A model generated the notes under the pieces. It ran no database searches. It was not told the DNA's origin and saw only the letters and a program-made list of their open reading frames with translations. A program made the translations under genes and the position numbers. 64,000 nt of DNA from assembly GCA_030674475.1 (NCBI GenBank), contig JAUSCZ010000014.1:13938-77937 (forward strand), written 5' to 3'. The stretch is from Candidatus Omnitrophota bacterium. GTDB lineage: Bacteria > Omnitrophota > Gorgyraeia > Gygaellales > UBA12090. Positions 60,187 to 64,000 of this stretch are shown here, one piece after another; positions within the stretch are counted from its first letter, which is position 1; each line of letters opens with the position of its first letter.

Positions 60187-61263
60187 ATGGCAATGTTCAA
60201 GAAAATATTTTTTACGCTATTACCTTTAATTTTAGTTTTTAGCAGCGATCCCGCCTTTTGCGCCATCACCACTGTGGATACCAAGCGTGACTGGAAAGCC
60301 CAGAATTTTATCGCTAATCAAATCAAGGGAATTGGCTTGGTAGATTCCTACCAGGAGGATGGAGAAAACCGAAGTTATGTTTACGACAATGCCTTGGCCG
60401 CTATGGCTTGTATGGCTGAGGGAAATTTTGGTTTGGCTAAAGAAATCCTGGACACCTTATCTAATGAGGTAAATCATAGTTCGTATGAGGTTCCTTATGA
60501 AAGCTATCTTTATTCTGGCACGAACGGGGCTGGATATGGAATTTCTTACGCCGGAAATTCCGCCTGGCTGCTCCAGGCCTTAAATATCTACCAGAAGTTA
60601 AGAAGCGATAAGACTTACTATGCTGTTCAGAAAAAATTGGCTGATTTTTTATTGTCCCTGCAGGATTCAAGCGATGGAGGAATAAAAGGAAGCAAGAGCG
60701 ATACCTGGAAAAGCACCGAACATAATATCATCGCCTATTGCGCGATCAGGAATTTCGGCAGGCTGAATAATGTGTCCAGCTACACCACTAGCGCTGAGAA
60801 AATAAAGACTTTTCTGACTGGCTCAAGCATATGGACCGGGGAGAGGTTTAACCGGGGTAAGAATGATTCAGCCAAGGTGGTGGATACTCAGGCTTTAGGA
60901 GTATTGCTTTTGGGGAGCAGTTACTCCAAAGCCTTAATCTGGGCGGAGAAAAATCTTAAACTTTCCAAAACCTACAATTACCAGACGGTAACCGGATTTG
61001 ACTTTGACAGTAATCTGGATACGGTTTGGCTGGAGGGAACCCTGCAGATGGCCCTGTCTTTTTATAAAAGCAATAATACTTCTAACGGCGATACCTACTA
61101 CAATGAAGCGCTCAAGACCGTGCAAAGCGACGGTTCGCTAATTTTAGCCACTAATAAAGGCTCAGCCAGCGATTATTGGACTTTACAGGTCTGGCGGGCA
61201 ATTGCTCCCACTAGTTGGCTTATCTTTTATTATCTTAAGTTCAGCCCTCTGGTTTTATATTAA
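60187..61263 (+). CDS. Secreted (alpha/alpha)6-barrel protein, six-hairpin glycosidase-like
   Basis: Signal peptide; YDNALA, GNSAW, KSTEHN and VWLEGT motifs. Confidence 0.65.
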   Translation: MAMFKKIFFTLLPLILVFSSDPAFCAITTVDTKRDWKAQNFIANQIKGIGLVDSYQEDGENRSYVYDNALAAMACMAEGNFGLAKEILDTLSNEVNHSSYEVPYESYLYSGTNGAGYGISYAGNSAWLLQALNIYQKLRSDKTYYAVQKKLADFLLSLQDSSDGGIKGSKSDTWKSTEHNIIAYCAIRNFGRLNNVSSYTTSAEKIKTFLTGSSIWTGERFNRGKNDSAKVVDTQALGVLLLGSSYSKALIWAEKNLKLSKTYNYQTVTGFDFDSNLDTVWLEGTLQMALSFYKSNNTSNGDTYYNEALKTVQSDGSLILATNKGSASDYWTLQVWRAIAPTSWLIFYYLKFSPLVLY

Positions 61264-61307
61264 TCAGAGACAAGGACAACCTAAATAATAATAAATAATA
61301 ATTTTTC

Positions 61308-61335
61308 TTGACAGAATAATTTTATGTGGTATATT
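61308..61335 (+). promoter_or_regulatory. Sigma70 promoter
   Basis: TTGACA-16bp-TATATT with TGTG just upstream of the -10. Confidence 0.65.
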
Positions 61336-61348
61336 TAAATTACGAAAT

Positions 61349-61489
61349 TTACAAGGCAGTAATACGCAAAGTAGCGTTTAGATTGAAAGTGCAGTCTGAA
61401 CGCTTTTTTATTGTAACCGCGGAACAGGGATAAAGAGGTCCCAAATATAGCTAAGAAAGTAAAAGCTGTGTTTGGGATTTTTTATTTTT
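61349..61489 (+). promoter_or_regulatory. Tandem ANTAR-type antitermination elements overlapping two intrinsic terminators
   Basis: Hexaloop hairpins TTAC-AAGGCA-GTAA, ACGC-AAAGTA-GCGT and GGGAT-AAAGAG-GTCCC (A1, G4); the last two overlap terminator stems with U-tracts. Confidence 0.8.
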
Positions 61490-61494
61490 AAGAT

Positions 61495-62022
61495 ATGGAT
61501 AAACAGGAATTTACGAAATTAGCCAACGAACTCAAGCCTCACTTAAAGAGAATTTCCGCGAAAAGGAGATTCCTGGGCTTTATAGATGCTGACGACCTCT
61601 GTCAGGAGGCTTTGATAAATCTATGGAAACGTTCTAAGAATGGCGAATTTCAGGACAAAACTGTAAGTTATATTATCCGGAGCTGTTATTTCCACATTCA
61701 AAACTATATCCGCACCCACAAGGTCAGGGCGGATATGCTTAGCCTGGAGGAGCCTGTGGCGTATAATGCTGAGGATTCTTTCTGTCTTAAGGATATTGTG
61801 GTTGATGAAAGCGGATTTTTCTTTGATAAGCTTAACAGCCGTTTGATTGTTAATGAAATGATGAATAACGGGCTTAAAAAGAAGGAAAAAGATGTTTTGC
61901 GTTTTTTATATCAGGGGTTAAGTCTGAGAGAGACAGCCAGGCGCCTGGGTATGTCGCATGTGGGGGTCTTGAAAATCAAGAAAAAGATTAGTTTGAAATA
62001 CGCGGCAAAGTATTACAGATAA
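61495..62022 (+). CDS. Sigma-70 family (ECF-like) sigma factor
   Basis: DADDLCQEALINLW region 2 and GLSLRETARRLGMSH region 4. Confidence 0.85.
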   Translation: MDKQEFTKLANELKPHLKRISAKRRFLGFIDADDLCQEALINLWKRSKNGEFQDKTVSYIIRSCYFHIQNYIRTHKVRADMLSLEEPVAYNAEDSFCLKDIVVDESGFFFDKLNSRLIVNEMMNNGLKKKEKDVLRFLYQGLSLRETARRLGMSHVGVLKIKKKISLKYAAKYYR

Positions 62023-62101
62023 AATTCCCGCTACAAAAATTGGCGGGTCAGCCTGGTCGGATTGAAGTTGTGGTGGTTATTTAGTAGGTTAATTCGCGCT
62101 T

Positions 62102-62138
62102 ATCACTTACGTTACTCAAAAAGCGTAACGTAAGTGAT
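62102..62138. other. Perfect 14-bp-arm inverted repeat upstream of amtB
   Basis: ATCACTTACGTTAC-N9-GTAACGTAAGTGAT. Confidence 0.7.
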
Positions 62139-62165
62139 GTGCTCATTAAAGAAGGAGGAGTAAAG

Positions 62166-63392
62166 ATGAACTCAGGAGATACAGCGTTTATTTTAATTTC
62201 ATCAGCTTTGGTAATGCTGATGACACCGGGACTGGCCTTTTTCTACGGAGGTATGGTCAGACGGAAGAATATGTTGAGTATTTTGATGCAGTGTTTTATT
62301 GTCCTGTGCGCTTTAAGCCTGCAGTGGGTGCTTTTCGGCTATAGCCTTTCTTTCGCTCCGGGAAGCGGCTTTTGGGGCGGTTTGAGGTGGGCCGGGTTAA
62401 ATGGCGTGGGCTTAGAGCCTTACGCGGATTATTCCGCCACCATACCTCATCAGGCCTTTATGATTTTCCAGGCCATGTTTGCCATAATCACACCGGCTTT
62501 GATTATCGGGGCTTTTGCCGAGAGGATGAAGTTTTCCGCTTTTTTGATCTTTACCCTTCTCTGGGCGACATTTGTGTATGATCCGGTTTGCCATTGGGTC
62601 TGGGGAATCGGCGGATGGCTTAGGAACTTAGGGGCATTGGATTTTGCCGGAGGAACCGTGGTTCATATCAACGCCGGAATCGCCGCCTTGGTCAGCGCCC
62701 TGGTAATCGGAAGGAGAAAAAATTTAGATCATCATGCTCCGGCTCCGCATAACCTGCCCTTTATCGTGTTAGGGACAGGCCTGCTTTGGTTCGGTTGGTT
62801 TGGTTTTAACGCCGGGAGCGCCTTGGCGGCTAACGGATTGGCAGTGAACGCCTTTGTGGTTACCAATACCGCCGCGGCCGCGGCCGGATTGAGCTGGGCC
62901 TTGATAGAGTGGTTTCGTCACGGAAAGCCCACGATGTTCGGAACCGCCAGCGGTGTGGTAGCCGGATTAGTCGCGATTACCCCGGCGGCAGGCTATGTCA
63001 GCGTGATACCGGCGATTATTATCGGAATTTTGGTAAGCGTGATTTGTTTTATCGCGGTAAGCGTGATCAAGCCGAAATTAGGATATGATGATTCTTTGGA
63101 TGCCTTCGGAGTTCACTGCGTAGGCGGCATTTGGGGGGCCTTGGCCACCGGGCTGTTTGCTTCAAAAAGCGTGAATCCGGCCGGCGCCGATGGATTGTTT
63201 TTTGGCAATCCCCAGTTATTTATGATTCAACTGAAGGCAGTGGCAGTAGTCGCGGCCTACTCGTTTATAGTAACATTTGTTATTTATAAATTGGTAGATA
63301 TGATTATCGGGGTGAGGGTAAGCGATAAAGAGGAATCTATGGGGCTTGACCTGACTCAGCATCAGGAGAGGGCGTATACGGTGTTAGAATAA
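62166..63392 (+). CDS. amtB: Ammonium transporter
   Basis: MTPGLAFFYGG, FQAMFA, DFAGGTVVH, WFGWFGFNAGS and DAFGVH motifs. Confidence 0.98.
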   Translation: MNSGDTAFILISSALVMLMTPGLAFFYGGMVRRKNMLSILMQCFIVLCALSLQWVLFGYSLSFAPGSGFWGGLRWAGLNGVGLEPYADYSATIPHQAFMIFQAMFAIITPALIIGAFAERMKFSAFLIFTLLWATFVYDPVCHWVWGIGGWLRNLGALDFAGGTVVHINAGIAALVSALVIGRRKNLDHHAPAPHNLPFIVLGTGLLWFGWFGFNAGSALAANGLAVNAFVVTNTAAAAAGLSWALIEWFRHGKPTMFGTASGVVAGLVAITPAAGYVSVIPAIIIGILVSVICFIAVSVIKPKLGYDDSLDAFGVHCVGGIWGALATGLFASKSVNPAGADGLFFGNPQLFMIQLKAVAVVAAYSFIVTFVIYKLVDMIIGVRVSDKEESMGLDLTQHQERAYTVLE

Positions 63393-63442
63393 CATCAATT
63401 TACGCGCTTCAGGCTCAAAGCTCTTAGCGCGCGGCTATTATA

Positions 63443-63512
63443 AAGGTTAAGGCTAACGTAGGGACAGAACATTGTTCTGTCCCTACAGAAACCTTGACCT
63501 TAGCCTCAGCCT
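63443..63512. repeat. Inverted hexamer array (AAGGTT then CCTTAG) with a 29-bp GTAG hairpin at its centre (63458-63486)
   Basis: Seen directly. Confidence 0.8.
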
Positions 63513-63553
63513 TTTCATTTAACAATATTGCTGGTTTTAATAGGGAGGACGAT

Positions 63554-63895
63554 ATGAAATTGATAATTGCGATTATTCAGCCTTATAAATTAGATGATGT
63601 TAAGGAGGAGCTTTATAAGGCGGGGGTGAATTTGATTACGGTAAGCGAGGTTTTGGGCCACGGCCGTCAAAAAGGAATTACTGAGGTTTATCGCGGCTCA
63701 AAAGAGAGCGGTAATCTCTTGAGGAAGGTGCGCCTGGAGATCGCGGTGAATGAGGAGTTTGTTGAGCCGACTATTAAGGCCATTACCAACTCAGCCAAGA
63801 CCGGCGAGATAGGCGACGGAAAGATCTTTGTCCTGGACCTGAAAGAATGTATTCGTATCCGCACCGCGGAAAAAGGTCCGGCGGCTATCGGGTAA
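63554..63895 (+). CDS. glnK: P-II nitrogen regulatory protein
   Basis: AIIQP, GHGRQKG, EVYRG and [11 protein letters not shown] motifs; adjacent to amtB. Confidence 0.93.
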   Translation: MKLIIAIIQPYKLDDVKEELYKAGVNLITVSEVLGHGRQKGITEVYRGSKESGNLLRKVRLEIAVNEEFVEPTIKAITNSAKTGEIGDGKIFVLDLKECIRIRTAEKGPAAIG

Positions 63896-63937
63896 GTAGG
63901 TTAACTAAGGGTAATGCGTCAGTTAATGGGGGCGCTG

Positions 63938-63991
63938 GTAGCCGCAGGCTTCAGCCTGCGTCCTAAGGCGCAAGCTAAAGCTTGCGACTAC
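63938..63991. repeat. REPIN-like doublet GTAGCCGCAGGCTTCAGCCTGCG...CGCAAGCTAAAGCTTGCGACTAC
   Basis: Inverted GTAG-foot hairpins seen directly. Confidence 0.8.
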
Positions 63992-64000
63992 CATAGAATT

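Noticed and set aside
63494-63553. Longer start for glnK
   Set aside because: It runs through a repeat; a strong GGGAGG site precedes ATG 63554.

Overview
64 kb of a bacterial chromosome. Every credible gene lies on the + strand. Gene order and content suggest an anaerobic diderm such as Ca. Omnitrophota (inference). Housekeeping blocks: purD-purE-tsaC/LMW-phosphatase fusion-rpiB-glyA-dCMP deaminase-nrdR; aroC; aroK-dprA-topA-xerC; a roughly 19 kb LPS/Kdo/Lpt cluster (waaA, lpxK, LpxL-ELM1 fusion, GT4/GT9 genes, rfaE1, kdsBADC, lptC/A, lptB); tig-clpP-class V aminotransferase-serA; a probable Re-citrate synthase; purA; a membrane pyrophosphatase; and sigma-amtB-glnK. Small accessory islets carry two toxin-antitoxin pairs, a DpnI-like endonuclease, and ORF6N, MNT and DUF559 remnants. 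No rRNA, tRNA or CRISPR array was recognised. The most striking non-genic signal is a set of very small repeat elements. A 20-bp palindrome (CCTGCCTGCCGGYAGGCAGG) occurs 6 times, mostly at G|G junctions inside other repeats. A 24-bp element and a 42/43-bp element also recur. Alongside them are GTAG-REPs, dRS3-like MITEs and inverted heptamer arrays at gene junctions. These elements nest inside one another and appear as frame-preserving inserts in at least five protein-coding genes. Also notable are a tandem ANTAR-type antiterminator in front of sigma-amtB-glnK and a duplicated ECF-type promoter in an ECF/anti-sigma/spoVG module.
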